From positions 1 through 64,000 of the forward strand of contig JAUCBJ010004612.1 in assembly GCA_032718475.1 (NCBI GenBank): a DNA stretch of 64,000 bases, read 5' to 3'. Made by a program: the position numbers and the translations under genes. Position 1 is the first letter of the stretch. Each line of letters starts with the position of its first letter. The notes beneath the pieces were generated by a model that had not been told where the DNA came from, did not search any database, and saw only the letters and a program-made list of their open reading frames with translations. Positions 51,822-63,601 of the stretch are shown here, piece after piece. This DNA is from Nemertoderma westbladi. Lineage: Eukaryota > Animalia > Xenacoelomorpha.

Positions 51822-54746
51822 TTAAGTTCTACTTCTGTCGCTGCCGCCTTTCGATCAACTTCTGCCGCTGCCGCCTTTCGATCAACTTCCGCCACTGCCG
51901 CCTTTCGATCAACTTCCGCTGCTGCAGCCTTTAATTCTGCCTCAGCGGCTGCAGCTATTTTCCTATCTTCTATTAATCCTTTCTTTATTTGCTCCTCCTT
52001 GTCCATCTCGATGATAATGTTTTCATCTATTTTAGCCTGCTCCGCCACTAGCATCTCAGAATCCAATGAGTTCAAAATTAAGTTGGCTGCTTCACTATTG
52101 GGGTGAAGTCCGGCTAGATGTCTCCTTAGACAAATCAGACAAATAGATGTCAATAGCATCCTTCTTTGGTGGTTTTTTGGATACCGCCTCGCTTTCCCCA
52201 TGGGAGAAGATTGCATCTATTGATTCTCTGTAGGCTAGTTGTTCTGCTATCTGAGCCTTCCATTGGGTTGTTTCCTTGAACCTTAACATTCACTCGTTGG
52301 AACAAAGTCTTTACTGCCACCTGCAGTGATGTGACTTCTCTTCGAGGCTTCTTCAAACGCAGAAAGGATTAATCTGATCCTCAGTTTCCGTTCTCTCACT
52401 TGGTATAGCAGTTCTCCCTGCTCTGGAGGTTCCAGTTGTCCTCGGAATAACTGGGTTTCCATTCATCCCACGGAGTTGAAGAATCCTTGGACATATCTGG
52501 CTGCCGATATCTTCCATACAGCGGGATCTCTGGTATCTCTAACTACGCCCAGGCAGCTTCGGATAAGTTGAACGGGAGTTCGGGTCCAGGAAAGTTCCAT
52601 TGAGTTTCCACATAGACTTTAATTCCTCGAGCGGGTATCCGGCGTAACTATCTCTGGTTGACCGCTTATTTCTCGTCCAGTCCGCTTGATGTTCTTCTAT
52701 GGCTAGAAGAACTCGGGTGAGCACTGCCCCAGGAAGAATCAGGAGTGGATCAGGGTAAACCACTTCTTCCATCTTTGATCCGATCTCGGGCATTAACTCT
52801 TCTGTGCTGGAACCAGAGTTACTGAGTGGTTGAGAAATAACCTCTCGGTCAGAGCACTGCTGCTGTTCTACAGCCGTCGCTTGGTCTCGCTTAACTTGAG
52901 CCCTAGTGCCTACAATAGTGCTTCACTAACCTAGTGTCCGACACAACTACTATAGGGATGACCTTTCTTACAGTAGGAGGGGACTTAGACCTCGGTTGGG
53001 GCCTTTCTATACTTTGATCTGGGTCACAGATCGTCTGTTCCAAAAGACTATCTGACATTGTTTGTTTTGGGTCAGACATAATTTATTTACAGTTGAATGC
53101 CTATCATGATAATAACAGTAAAGTAAGTCTAGGGCAAATCAGTATCAACTGTCAGTCTCGTAGTTACCAAATATTGTTACTCAATGTAACGTGGGTAGAT
53201 ATCGAGTGTTAGAATATCGGTATACACCTATAGTATATATAACAGTATTACTACAGACTAGGATCAATCACTGAATACCGGTATATAAGTTTAGCCTAAG
53301 TTATATAAATATATAATAAGCTTACTGTAAACAACGATATTGTCAATAATTAAATAATAACTGATTATAACTGATTATATCTGATTTTAGGAATTATTTC
53401 CCTTTACTCTATGACTGATATTAAGCAATAGGTTCAACTGACATTAAGACCTAATTAATGTATAACAGGCATACAGATAGTTCTACTTAACTAAGTTACT
53501 TATCACTACAAATTACTTATTTACAACAGGTTGAGATTACACAATCTCTAAGTAAACAATAATCAAAGTTACACGTACAATTTTTAAGGGTAATTTTACA
53601 GGAATTTTACAAACCAGACTAACAAGAATTTATAATTTCTGGTTCTTACAGACTGACAGAGAATTTACGTAAATTTGAAACCAATAAAGTAGTATTCACC
53701 AGATATGTGTTGACCAGATAAGGAAATGCCACCGTCTGACAGCTTATAGTATACACTATAAACAAACGTACCCGGAGTGTCCTATACCTAGAGATTAATT
53801 ATTGAAGCCTAAAGCTAATGGACCTATTAACCACGTTACAACACAAATATACTTAGTACACACTAAATTAACTTTCAGGAAAGCGCTGTACTCTAAACCC
53901 TAGATTAGATACTAGCTCTTATACAACATATAACTTGCAGTGAAATATACGTGAACAGCTAAAAGAACCACAGCATCTGCTGGAGTGACTGGAGTATTTA
54001 GTCTTAATCATCCGATGCTAAAGAAATCACCAGTCTGTCCTACGCCAGTAGTAGGAGAAGAAGTGTCCCCACCATAGTCCTCCCTAGCTTGGGCTATGGG
54101 CATTCCATTCGGAGGCCTTTACAAAATGCCAAATTCCGGTGCTAAATTGCGGTGCGCGCCATATGTCACCATTGGCAGTTGCCATCAACCAATCGTAGCG
54201 TAGCCTAACCTCGCGATGCCCGCCTTACTCGACTACTGACTAACTAACCCTAATGTTATTCACCTTTTCGCCACGTTACTACCAAGCTACCACCACTATA
54301 CTGTATATGGTGACGACAACGACAATGTGGCCATCTACACGCATCACGCATATTATATATTATATTATATCGATTGCCAACTCCTCGACTGCTGTCGCCA
54401 AACCAACAAACCAACCAACCAGCCAGTATGATACATGAAATTCCGCCACGTTCCAGCTACGCGTATACGAGCATTAGTGATTATTATTATTATTACGCAG
54501 AACCAAATAATTTTTGATTATACAGTAGTTCCCTACCGGCTAATCAACCAATCAATAAACCGAATTTAGGCTATTTCTCAGTTTAAGACCTGTATTATTT
54601 TTGAAAATATCTTATATATAATCTCTTGCTTTAATCACAATTAATCATTTGTAATGGTTTTAGTTTAAAAGTTTTTACTTTGTTTGTTTGTTTGATTTAC
54701 AATTACTTTGTTTGTTTGTTTGATTTACAATAAAATAAATTAAATA

Positions 54747-55154
54747 ATGTCTTCTGATTCCGATATGGTTATGCCAATAGTAAGGCATTCATTTTTTGCA
54801 GAAGATGGTGAAGCCTATATTGTTATTGATTATACAATTTACCGTCGGGGAGATGATAAATATAAAATTGAGTTTTCTGAAAAAGCCAGGAAAGTTTTAA
54901 GCTCAATTGATATTGATGCTTCTGATAATAGTATTCATCTCTTAGATTACAACCTGAAAGTTGAGCATGAGGGAAAATTAATCAATATCTTACTATTATC
55001 CATGATAGAGGGGTTAATTGTTATTACACAATACAACGAAGCTGGTGAAAAGTTTGAAATACGGCTAAATCGGCATAGCCCCTACAAAATTATGTCTTTC
55101 TTTATTGTAATGATTTCAAAAGAATCCTTTGTCGAAACTGAAGAATCAACATAA
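54747..55154 (+). CDS. Polinton accessory ORF, unknown function (135 aa)
   Basis: Clean ATG-stop ORF in AT-rich context, co-oriented with the Polinton genes; no recognised motif. Confidence 0.55.
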   Translation: MSSDSDMVMPIVRHSFFAEDGEAYIVIDYTIYRRGDDKYKIEFSEKARKVLSSIDIDASDNSIHLLDYNLKVEHEGKLINILLLSMIEGLIVITQYNEAGEKFEIRLNRHSPYKIMSFFIVMISKESFVETEEST

Positions 55155-55375
55155 TGTTGAATATGTTGATAATATCATTGATTCTTGACTTTTCCCACTA
55201 TATTATAAATATTTTATGATTATTTATAAAATTTTGATGTTTTTAATTATGAAAAAAAAAACATCAAATTTTAAATAATCGAAAATTGTAGTAGTAATTG
55301 CATATACAGTATAACAGATTTGTTTGTTGTTGTGTATTGAGGTAATTATTTTCAATTTACTTTAAAATTTCGAAA

Positions 55376-55825
55376 ATGGATATTTTAAATGAAAAATGTC
55401 CAGTTTGCTATTCTAAGTTATTGCAACATCGAGATTATTATAAATGTGAAAATAAACATGCAACTTGCGTACAATGTATTGTACAATATTCCGAAATGAA
55501 TAATTATTGTTCTAAAATTTGTCCTATTTGTCGCGCACCCATATCTAAGTTTAATATAAAGTTGGCAAGATACCAACCCTATTATTGGAAAGAGCTTCGC
55601 AATATAACTTATATTTCTGCGGAAAGTAATGATCCAGGAGATTTATTTACAATATTGGAGAATATTTTTTATAGAAATGTAGTACGACGGTGTTGCTACT
55701 ATATTCCTTATTTTTTTAGCAGCGAACATAAAAAAATCATTAGCGCGAAATTCTCGGGAAGTGATTTCCAAACCGCCGATGTTACCTATCATTATTTCGC
55801 GTATAAAGATGCTCACCATGCTTGA
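55376..55825 (+). CDS. RING-finger protein (putative E3 ubiquitin ligase)
   Basis: CPVC-x11-CENKHATCVQC-x13-CPICR, a C3HC4-type pattern at the N-terminus. Confidence 0.8.
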   Translation: MDILNEKCPVCYSKLLQHRDYYKCENKHATCVQCIVQYSEMNNYCSKICPICRAPISKFNIKLARYQPYYWKELRNITYISAESNDPGDLFTILENIFYRNVVRRCCYYIPYFFSSEHKKIISAKFSGSDFQTADVTYHYFAYKDAHHA

Positions 55826-56048
55826 AATTACATTGAAAATGAGTCTATACTATAATTGGAAATAGCACCTTTTGTTGCAGCGAGCGTCACATACTGTAGT
55901 TGTGTCATATGTTAATTAAATATACAGTACTCTAATATTGTAGTTGCATCAATTATTGTTATATACATAGTAATGGTGATGGTTTATTGATATTGATATT
56001 TATATTATATTATATTGTATTGTTGATATATCTTAATAATAATAATAA

Positions 56049-56729
56049 ATGGCTGACTTTAATTCAGGTCCATATAATTTAAACTTTCAAATGGGAACGA
56101 GTATGATAATTTCTGGCCCATCTGGTTCTGGAAAGTCAACATTTGTGAGCAATTTAATTAAACACAAGAATGGTTGTTTCAACGAAGCCCCCTTGCGAGT
56201 ATTGTATTGTTACGGGAGCAGTCCCCCAACTATTCCTGGTATTACTCACCTTTACAAAGGTTTGCCAGAAAATATAGATAGTTTAGTGAATAGTCGAGAT
56301 TTATTAATTATAGATGATTTATTAACAGAAACTGAGTCCAGTACAGCTTTAACTGTATTGTTTACTAAGGTAGCTCATCATTCCAATATATTTATTTGTT
56401 TTATAACGCAAAACATGTTTTACGGTGGGAAGCATAACCGCACAAGATCAATTAATAGCCATACTTTAGTATTAATGAAAAATCCGCGAGACAGTTTATC
56501 GGTTTTAAATTTCGCGAAGCAGATGTTACCAGGGCAGACCAAATTTTTAGTAGATTCCTATCAAGATGCGACTATTGAACCATTTTCGCATTTCTTAATT
56601 GATTTACGACAGGAAACACCCGAACATTTAAGATTTAGATCGGATATATTTCGTAATCATAATTGTTACATTAAAAATTACATTGACTATAAACGTAGCG
56701 AAAATAATAATAATAATAATAATAAATAA
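56049..56729 (+). CDS. Polinton genome-packaging ATPase (FtsK/A32-like)
   Basis: Walker A GPSGSGKS, Walker B LLIIDD, HHSNI...ITQN, RSIN, MKNPRD. Confidence 0.93.
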   Translation: MADFNSGPYNLNFQMGTSMIISGPSGSGKSTFVSNLIKHKNGCFNEAPLRVLYCYGSSPPTIPGITHLYKGLPENIDSLVNSRDLLIIDDLLTETESSTALTVLFTKVAHHSNIFICFITQNMFYGGKHNRTRSINSHTLVLMKNPRDSLSVLNFAKQMLPGQTKFLVDSYQDATIEPFSHFLIDLRQETPEHLRFRSDIFRNHNCYIKNYIDYKRSENNNNNNNK

Positions 56730-56766
56730 TTAATATTTTGTAACAATTTTCAATAATGTTGCAACA

Positions 56767-56952
56767 ATGAATAGACTTGTGCAGAAATATCGTAACGAAC
56801 TGCAATTTCTACGCAGCGCTACCCCTCAACAAAGAACTAATTTTATTAACCATACCGCGAGTAACGAATTAATACGGCTCATTGTAAATACTGCATTAAA
56901 TGTTCTAAAAGGTAACGTACTAATAATGGTTAAAACAGGAGTAACATTTTGA
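56767..56952 (+). pseudogene. Conserved small Polinton protein following the ATPase, apparently truncated
   Basis: LQFL...R...LIRLIVNTALNVLKGNV resembles the short basic ORF commonly next to Polinton ATPases (recalled, not searched); frame ends early. Confidence 0.45.
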
Positions 56953-57147
56953 AAATTATATTTAGTATCGAGTAAACCGTTAGCTACTGATTTAAAACCT
57001 CAAGATATACCTAGAGTAAATACTACAAAAAGAAAACCCTTTAAAATATCAACTTCAAAAAAAATAATTAAAAAATTTCAGTTGTTTTTACGGTGATGCC
57101 CTTTATAAGAGATTTGAATATACATATTACTTGCGGTTGTCGAAAAG

Positions 57148-58236
57148 ATGCCACGCAAGATGAAACCGATTTTAAGCCGAAGCTTAGTCAAAAAACTGTT
57201 AAGAATTTATTTAGATCCTTCATCCCCTGCGGGTTTTGCAAGTATCGTAAAATTAGCAAAAGCTGCAAACATCAAACCAGCTCAAGCCCAGAAATGGTTG
57301 AGCGGGCAAAAGACATACTCCCTTCACGCACCACGTAGACATCATTATCCAACATCTAAAATATTTACGGGAGGCTTAAAATATATATATATGATAGATC
57401 TGGTGGATATGCAGCAATATAAATTGCAAAATAATAATTATAACTATATATTAACATGTATTGATGCCTTTAGCCGGCTTGCTTTTGCCTATGGTATGAA
57501 AACAAAAAAGGGTATTGAAATTATTAGTATATTGCAAAAAATATTCCAGAAAGGAAAACCAAACAGAATCGCAACTGATCAAGGGTCTGAGTTTCTAAAT
57601 AAATCTGTAAGGAAATATTTAGATACTATTGGTATACAGTATTATGTAATGTATTCTGTGAATAAGGTGGCTATTGTCGAGAGATTCAATAGAACATTAA
57701 AAACAAAGATGTTCAAAATTTTCATGCAACGGGGAAATAATGTTTGGATAAAAATTTTACCGAAGCTCATTTATGCTTATAATAGGTCATATCATAGGAC
57801 AATACAAATGACACCCATTGAAGTTAATAAATTTAATGAAACTGAATTAATGAATAGATTATATGGGAAATATAGACAGATTAATCACAAGAAAATAAAA
57901 TTTAAAGTTGGAGATACAGTACGATTATCTATCGCTCGTACTGCTTTTGCTAAAGGCTATCGAGAACAATGGACACGTGAATTATTTATTATTCATCGGG
58001 TCAGATTGGATAGAGTACCAGCGGTAATGTTCGATATTAAGGATAGCGCTGGAGCTATAAGAAACGGCTCATTTTATTCATACGAACTCCAAAAGGTCCA
58101 CCCGAATAGTAATATTTATCTTCCGATTGACAAAAATATTGGCAAACTTAAAGAACGTGTACGCAATGGGAAAAAAGAATATTTAGTCCGATTCATCGGA
58201 TCCAAGAAACAGTCGTGGGTACAGCATATTCAATAA
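57148..58236 (+). CDS. Polinton retroviral-like (rve, DDE) integrase with degenerate C-terminal chromodomain-like tail
   Basis: IDLVDM, YILTCIDAFSR, TDQGSEF, VERFNRTLK, YNRSYHRTI, FKVGDTVR, FAKGY...W, KEYLVRFIG...SWV. Confidence 0.95.
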   Translation: MPRKMKPILSRSLVKKLLRIYLDPSSPAGFASIVKLAKAANIKPAQAQKWLSGQKTYSLHAPRRHHYPTSKIFTGGLKYIYMIDLVDMQQYKLQNNNYNYILTCIDAFSRLAFAYGMKTKKGIEIISILQKIFQKGKPNRIATDQGSEFLNKSVRKYLDTIGIQYYVMYSVNKVAIVERFNRTLKTKMFKIFMQRGNNVWIKILPKLIYAYNRSYHRTIQMTPIEVNKFNETELMNRLYGKYRQINHKKIKFKVGDTVRLSIARTAFAKGYREQWTRELFIIHRVRLDRVPAVMFDIKDSAGAIRNGSFYSYELQKVHPNSNIYLPIDKNIGKLKERVRNGKKEYLVRFIGSKKQSWVQHIQ

Positions 58237-58499
58237 GTTTAGGTTTATACTGTATATTAATTCATTTTGGTCACATATGTCCGTAATTAATTAATCAATC
58301 AATATTAACTCGAATGATATTACTATACTATAGTTCATTCGCTTTAAATAAAGCCAGTAAAATATTGATCCCTCGCATATACTGTAGAAGTGGGAATGAA
58401 CGTGGTCACAGATGTCTATAATTTAACATTATACCGTACTGTACTGTACTGTATGTACAAAGGAGTCAAGTAGAGAGAGCTTAAATAATAATAATAATA

Positions 58500-60929
58500 A
58501 TGGCTGTAGATACATATATCACTCTACTTTCAGATAGCTCATTAAACACTTACCCCAATAATAACCCTAGCGAGTTTACTGTTGATTTAGCCGAAGAATT
58601 ATATATTGGTCCAAACGCTAAAATTGGACTCGCCGAGATACAATACCAAGCAACATACAGTAATATTACTCTGCAAACTCAAATCTTGCTGTCAATCGGG
58701 GTAGATGCAAAAGATGCCAAATTATACAGTTTATTTCCTGGTATGCATAGCTCTATTCAAGTCATTATTGATGATATAAATAAACTGTTTAATTCTGAAG
58801 CGAAATATAGAGATTTCGAATTCATTTTTAATACAAATAATTCTAGAATTAAATTTAAATTTCCTAAAAAGTTGAAAAAAATACAATTAAGTCTACGCGG
58901 TGATTTAATTCAAATTCTAGGCTTAAAACCGTTATTGGATCAGAATCATCCGAGTATTCCGAATTGGGATATATACAGTACCACTACAGTGGATGAATTA
59001 AGCAATATAGAACAGCCGATATTAATTTTAAATTATAGTGGACCAAAAATTTCGGAAATTGGGATTTTAGATTTTCCGGCTCCCACGAATATTACTCGTA
59101 ATAAAGATACAATCTTCATATATACAGATATTATTAAGAGCTCATTTGTTGGTGACGCTTTAGCACCGCTCTTAACCCTATTAAACCCGGGGGGGGGGTC
59201 AATATGACCCCTCCCGTGGTTTTTTTATTATAATTCTGAAACAAACGCAGTTGGGAATCTGAAATTTTATGACTTTTCCTAAAAATCTATTGTCTTCCTA
59301 GTAGTGAAAACCGTTTTCAAAAATATTGGGTACTTTTCGAGTTATAGCGCCATTTTTTAACCCTACTTTTGGCACTTTTTTTGAGACGTTTTTTGAAAAT
59401 TACATTTCATTAAATATGAATTGTAACATCTCTATTTTTTATTTACACGGGTTTTTTGGTGTTAGAAATTTGATGGAATTCATATAAATTGATTTAGAAA
59501 TTTTAAACTTGTTTTTTTCGGTGGGTGCCAAATTTTGGTGCCAGCACCAAATTTTGAAATAAGTCAATTTTGTAAATTGATCGTTTGAAACTTGTTTTTT
59601 ACGCAATTGGGGTGTTTTGGGTTTCTGGATTCGAAGAAATATATACGAGTTGCACGAAGCGTATCAAACTTGTATTTTTCGGTGCTGTGTGCAAATTTTG
59701 GTGCTAGCACGAAATTTTGAAAATCCATTCAATAGATAAAATTGCTTGTGAGAATTTATTTCTTGCGTTTTAGAGGTTTATGGCTGTTCTGAATTCAATG
59801 GAAAATATAATTATCGAACTAGACATCTCAAACTTGTATTTTTCGGATGTGGGTGCAAAATGTGGTGCTAGCACCAAATTTTGAAAACCATCAAATATAT
59901 CAATTGATTGTGTCACCTTGTTTCTTGCGTTATACGGGTTTGTGATGGTTCTGAATTCAATGGAATCAGTAAAAATTTCATAAGAGTTGTCCAACTTGTA
60001 TTTTTCGCCGGTGGGTGAAAATTGTTGTGCCAGCACCAAATTTTGGAAAATATGCAAATTGATAAGTAGATAGTATCACCTTGTTTCTTGCGTTATATGG
60101 GTTTATGAGGGTCCTGAATCCGATGGAATCAATAAAAACTGCACTGGACATCGCAAACTTGTACTTTTTGGTGATGGGTACGAAATTTGGTGCTAGCACC
60201 AAAATTTGCCAAATTACGCCGAAAAATACAAGTAGCAATGATCTAGCATATTAGAAATGTATTCCATTAGAATCAGCGCCCTCGAAAACCTGAAAATGTG
60301 AATTTATAGCATCGTATAAGTGAATTAAAAATTTTGTGTTCTAACTGAAAAGTGCTGGTTACTTGTTTTTTTCATTTTTTTCCTACGCAGAGAGGACTAA
60401 ACAGCAATTTATAGTAATGATATCATTTTTTAATATTTTCCAATGTATTTTACACCCCAGAAAACCTGTATTGAAAAATAATTAGCCGAAAATGTAACTT
60501 TCAAATTTGGTGAAAATTGTGCACTACTTGTAATTTTGGTGCTGCAATATAACCACCCCAGTACATTTTTTCGAAAATTTTTTTTTTCGGTCGGATCCAG
60601 ACAAGTGATACCTACGTACAAACAAAAAATCAGACGTTTTCGTAAATATTTGTAGATTTTAGAGGGGGGGGTCAATATGACCCCCTCCCGGTATTTGTAC
60701 AACATTTTATAGCCCGGTACTAATAGGGTTAAGAACCTGTCCTTTAACACAATTAAATCGAAAATATATTAATCACGAATACGAGAGCATTTGCTATTAC
60801 CCGTTGTTGAATAAAAAACTAAAAACAATCTTAATTACTTTACGTGACGGTCAAGGTGAATTAATTAATTTCAACGGTGGTCGCACTGTTATAACACTTA
60901 AGTTAATACGTGGTAGTGGTGATGGATGA
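58500..60929 (+). pseudogene. Minor capsid (penton, PX-like) paralog 1, interrupted by a TTAA element
   Basis: YITLLSDSS...YPNN.PSEF...GLAEI and IFIYTDII...VGDALAPLL. After removing 59176-60728 it continues in frame RTCP...YYPL...ITLRDGQGELINF...TVITL to TGA 60927-29. Confidence 0.88.
59176..60728. mobile_element. piggyBac-like non-autonomous element, intact copy D (opposite orientation to B and C)
   Basis: TTAA TSD (59172-75, 60729-32) and CCCTATTA termini. Confidence 0.95.
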
Positions 60930-61771
60930 GTTCTACGTTAGACTACCAAGTAACTCCTGTCCAATTGATTTTCCTCGTAATACTGGTAGTAATTATCAGA
61001 TCAATTTTCATGGCGCCTTACCTATAAATCCAAACGAAAACTGGGTGGTAGGTATAAAAAGTATATGTTACTTAGCCACGTTACCGTCCATGTATAACAA
61101 TGTAGAGAATGTTATTTTATTAAAAAAAGGGAAAAAAAAATTTGAGGATACACTTCCATCCGGTTTGTTCTACAGTATCAATGACATTATAGATTATTTT
61201 AACACTGGGGCGTTGAAAGATAAATTACAAATAGTTGAAAATACTCAGCAAAATAGGTTGCAATTTATTATAAGGAAAACTGTACGAGAGTTATTTATAG
61301 GTCAGTCAACAATTAGCCTATTATTTTGGAATTACTGAAAATAATCTCGGTGCGAATTTAAATCCAAATTTTAAAATTATTTTAAAGACGAAAAATAATA
61401 TAAAGTGTTATTTAATAAAGGTTATCGGAAATGAAGAAAAAGCTTACCAGATGGTATTTTTATGCCCTCAACCACCCAATTCTATTCCAGAACCTAAATC
61501 GAACATGTACGTGACTACTAATATAATTGAAAATGAATATATTAATGACTTTGGTTTAGCCTTACTTCGTCGTGTCGCGATACCTGATGACGTGAAATAT
61601 GGTAGTGTAATAAATAAAGAATTTGTCAAGGATACAATTCATTATATCCCTGTAAAAAAATCATATAAGATAACATACATTCATATTGAAATAACAGACA
61701 AAGAAGGAAAAGATTTGAATTTTGAATACGGCACAACTTCAATTACCTTACACTTTAAAAAAATAAATTAA
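60922..61771 (+). pseudogene. Minor capsid (penton, PX-like) paralog 2, one frameshift near 61330
   Basis: FYVRLPSNS...FPRNTGSNY...WVVGIKSI and MYVTTNIIE...LALLRRV...HYIPV...IEITDKEG...F..GTTSITLHFKK. Confidence 0.85.
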
Positions 61772-61772
61772 A

Positions 61773-62337
61773 ATGGATTCCGATTTATTTCAAAGATACA
61801 GTAAACCTCAATATGGTGGTGCAGACTCTAATCTTGCTGTTTTTAAAGGTGGTAGAAGTACGAGAGGCTCGACGCAAGTTCCTGTTTTTCGAGGTGGTTC
61901 ATATATTGACCCTTAAGGACAACAAATTGGTGCATTTGGTCCAAACTTAAAACAACGTCGTTTTCAACGTTATCGTAGAGGTATGTTGCGAACAAATCAA
62001 CACGGGGAAGGTATATTTACAGACGCTTTATCTACATTGAAAAAATTTGGTAAGCCATTAGCAAAAAAAAGTGTTACAAAAAGCTAAACCATTTACCACA
62101 AAATTTATGAGACAACACGTAATACCAAAAGGTAAGCGGGTCTTACATCAGCAGGCTAATACGGTTATTAATAAAGCATTAAATAAAATGAAACCATCAA
62201 CAAGATCTGTTGTAGAAAAAGTTTATAGAGATTTAAAGCGACCTACTAGGCCAATGTCTATGAACATACATCATCGTCGTAGTAAAAATAGAAAAATAAA
62301 AGGCAAACTGAAACACTGCGAAAAAAGTATTTTTTAA
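61773..62337 (+). pseudogene. Basic Gly/Arg-rich virion core or membrane-lytic-like protein with QxGxG motifs, disrupted
   Basis: PQYGGA, QHGEGIFTDALSTLKKFGKPL and a Lys/Arg-rich C-terminus; in-frame TAA near 61914 and a frameshift in an A-run near 62065. Position before the major capsid gene is typical. Confidence 0.6.
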
Positions 62338-62339
62338 TA

Positions 62340-63599
62340 ATGTCAATTATTAAGGAATTAGATTTATTTTCTACACAGCCAATACAGACTGAATTTAAAG
62401 CAAAGCATTATGAAACAATTTACCCGGTATCCAATCTCAGAAGTGAGTCTAGGGAAGTCACGTTCCTTGTACCAAGATCCAATAAATTTTATACGAAACT
62501 GCAAGATGCGTTATTAATTACAAAATATACTGTACGGTGGGATAGACGACTTGAAAACTCCCATATTTATATGTTGAATTACCCTTCTGGGACTATGTGG
62601 AGTGATATTAAAATAGACCTTAATGAGAAGCAGGTTGAAAATAGCAATAACCATTATTTCTACAAGTCGTACTTATCCAATTTACTATTTACAACATACG
62701 AATCTAAAAATGGGCTACTGGGGGCGGGTGGCTTTCATCAGCCTTTATCTGAACACGGAAATGAAATTAATCCTGGTGCGCATCCTATTGGCGATGCCTT
62801 TAGTAAACAAATGCAATTTGTAAGTGGATTGACAATTGATTTTGATACTGAAACTAAAATAATACAACCTGGGTATGATTTAAGAATGCATTTTAGAAAA
62901 GTATCAAATTCGTTTATTTTTAAAATCACTCCAAATGCAAACGCTGTGACAAATCTTCCGTTAGAATTAGATGAAGTAAAGATCCTAATCCCTAGAATGG
63001 AGGTTAATCCAGTAATAGAAAGCAGTCACCTAAAAGGTTTAGAGAGTTACGATATTGAATATCAATTCCAAAAAAAGGAGGTTACAATATTTACTATTCC
63101 CGCTCAAACCACAAATTACACCCAAACAAACATATTTGATGGTAAAAAACCCAAATTAGTTATTATCGGTTTTATAACAAATAATGCATATTCGGGAGAA
63201 TTAATTAGTAACCCCTTAAAATTTGAACATTTTAACCTTAGATGCGCGGAACTGATTGTAGACGGTCTTCCAGTAGGTGGTGTAATATACGACCCTAATT
63301 TTACAGATGGAACATACATTTTTGAGTATACTCAATTAATGAAAAACATTAATACATATATTAACGGTTATGGAGGTAATAATATAGACCATGAAACCTA
63401 CTTAGGTAATTGCCCACTCATATCCTGGGACCTAACCGCCGACGGCTATGTTAGAGATCCGCAACCTTCGATATATACTAACGGCCAATTAAAATTAAGA
63501 TTTGCCGAACCGTTGGTTGAGACCATAAATGTAATCGTTTTTAATATTTATGATCAATCATTAAGTTTAAATAGCAGGAAAGAAATACATATCGATTAA
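62340..63599 (+). CDS. Major capsid protein (double jelly-roll, hexon/PY-like), 419 aa
   Basis: ELDLF..QPIQ, YFYKSYL..LL, NIFDGKKPKLVIIGF...AYSG..NPLKFEHFNL, WDLTAD, LRFAEPL..TINVIV. Confidence 0.92.
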   Translation: MSIIKELDLFSTQPIQTEFKAKHYETIYPVSNLRSESREVTFLVPRSNKFYTKLQDALLITKYTVRWDRRLENSHIYMLNYPSGTMWSDIKIDLNEKQVENSNNHYFYKSYLSNLLFTTYESKNGLLGAGGFHQPLSEHGNEINPGAHPIGDAFSKQMQFVSGLTIDFDTETKIIQPGYDLRMHFRKVSNSFIFKITPNANAVTNLPLELDEVKILIPRMEVNPVIESSHLKGLESYDIEYQFQKKEVTIFTIPAQTTNYTQTNIFDGKKPKLVIIGFITNNAYSGELISNPLKFEHFNLRCAELIVDGLPVGGVIYDPNFTDGTYIFEYTQLMKNINTYINGYGGNNIDHETYLGNCPLISWDLTADGYVRDPQPSIYTNGQLKLRFAEPLVETINVIVFNIYDQSLSLNSRKEIHID

Positions 63600-63601
63600 G
63601 T

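Larger units (their letters stand above)
46524..52793 (-). pseudogene. gag: BEL/Pao gag of element 3, split by two TTAA insertions
   Basis: VVKFNGDEMKW...KLRFLIECLEG (49112-49577), knuckles CVLCEGPHRLSGC and CAKCGAKHHILLH, and coiled-coil fragments 51825-52356. Confidence 0.75.
28165..54046 (-). mobile_element. BEL/Pao LTR retrotransposon 3, heavily decayed and carrying nested insertions (boundaries approximate)
   Basis: Fragmented gag-PR-RT-RH-IN from 52793 to 41990. The 3' region appears to continue across the LINE TSD into 28165-30895. No LTR pair could be matched. Confidence 0.6.

Noticed and set aside
53040-54046. 5' LTR and PBS of BEL element 3
   Set aside because: Position and composition are suggestive, but there is no second copy or TGG PBS to fix boundaries, so it is not annotated separately.
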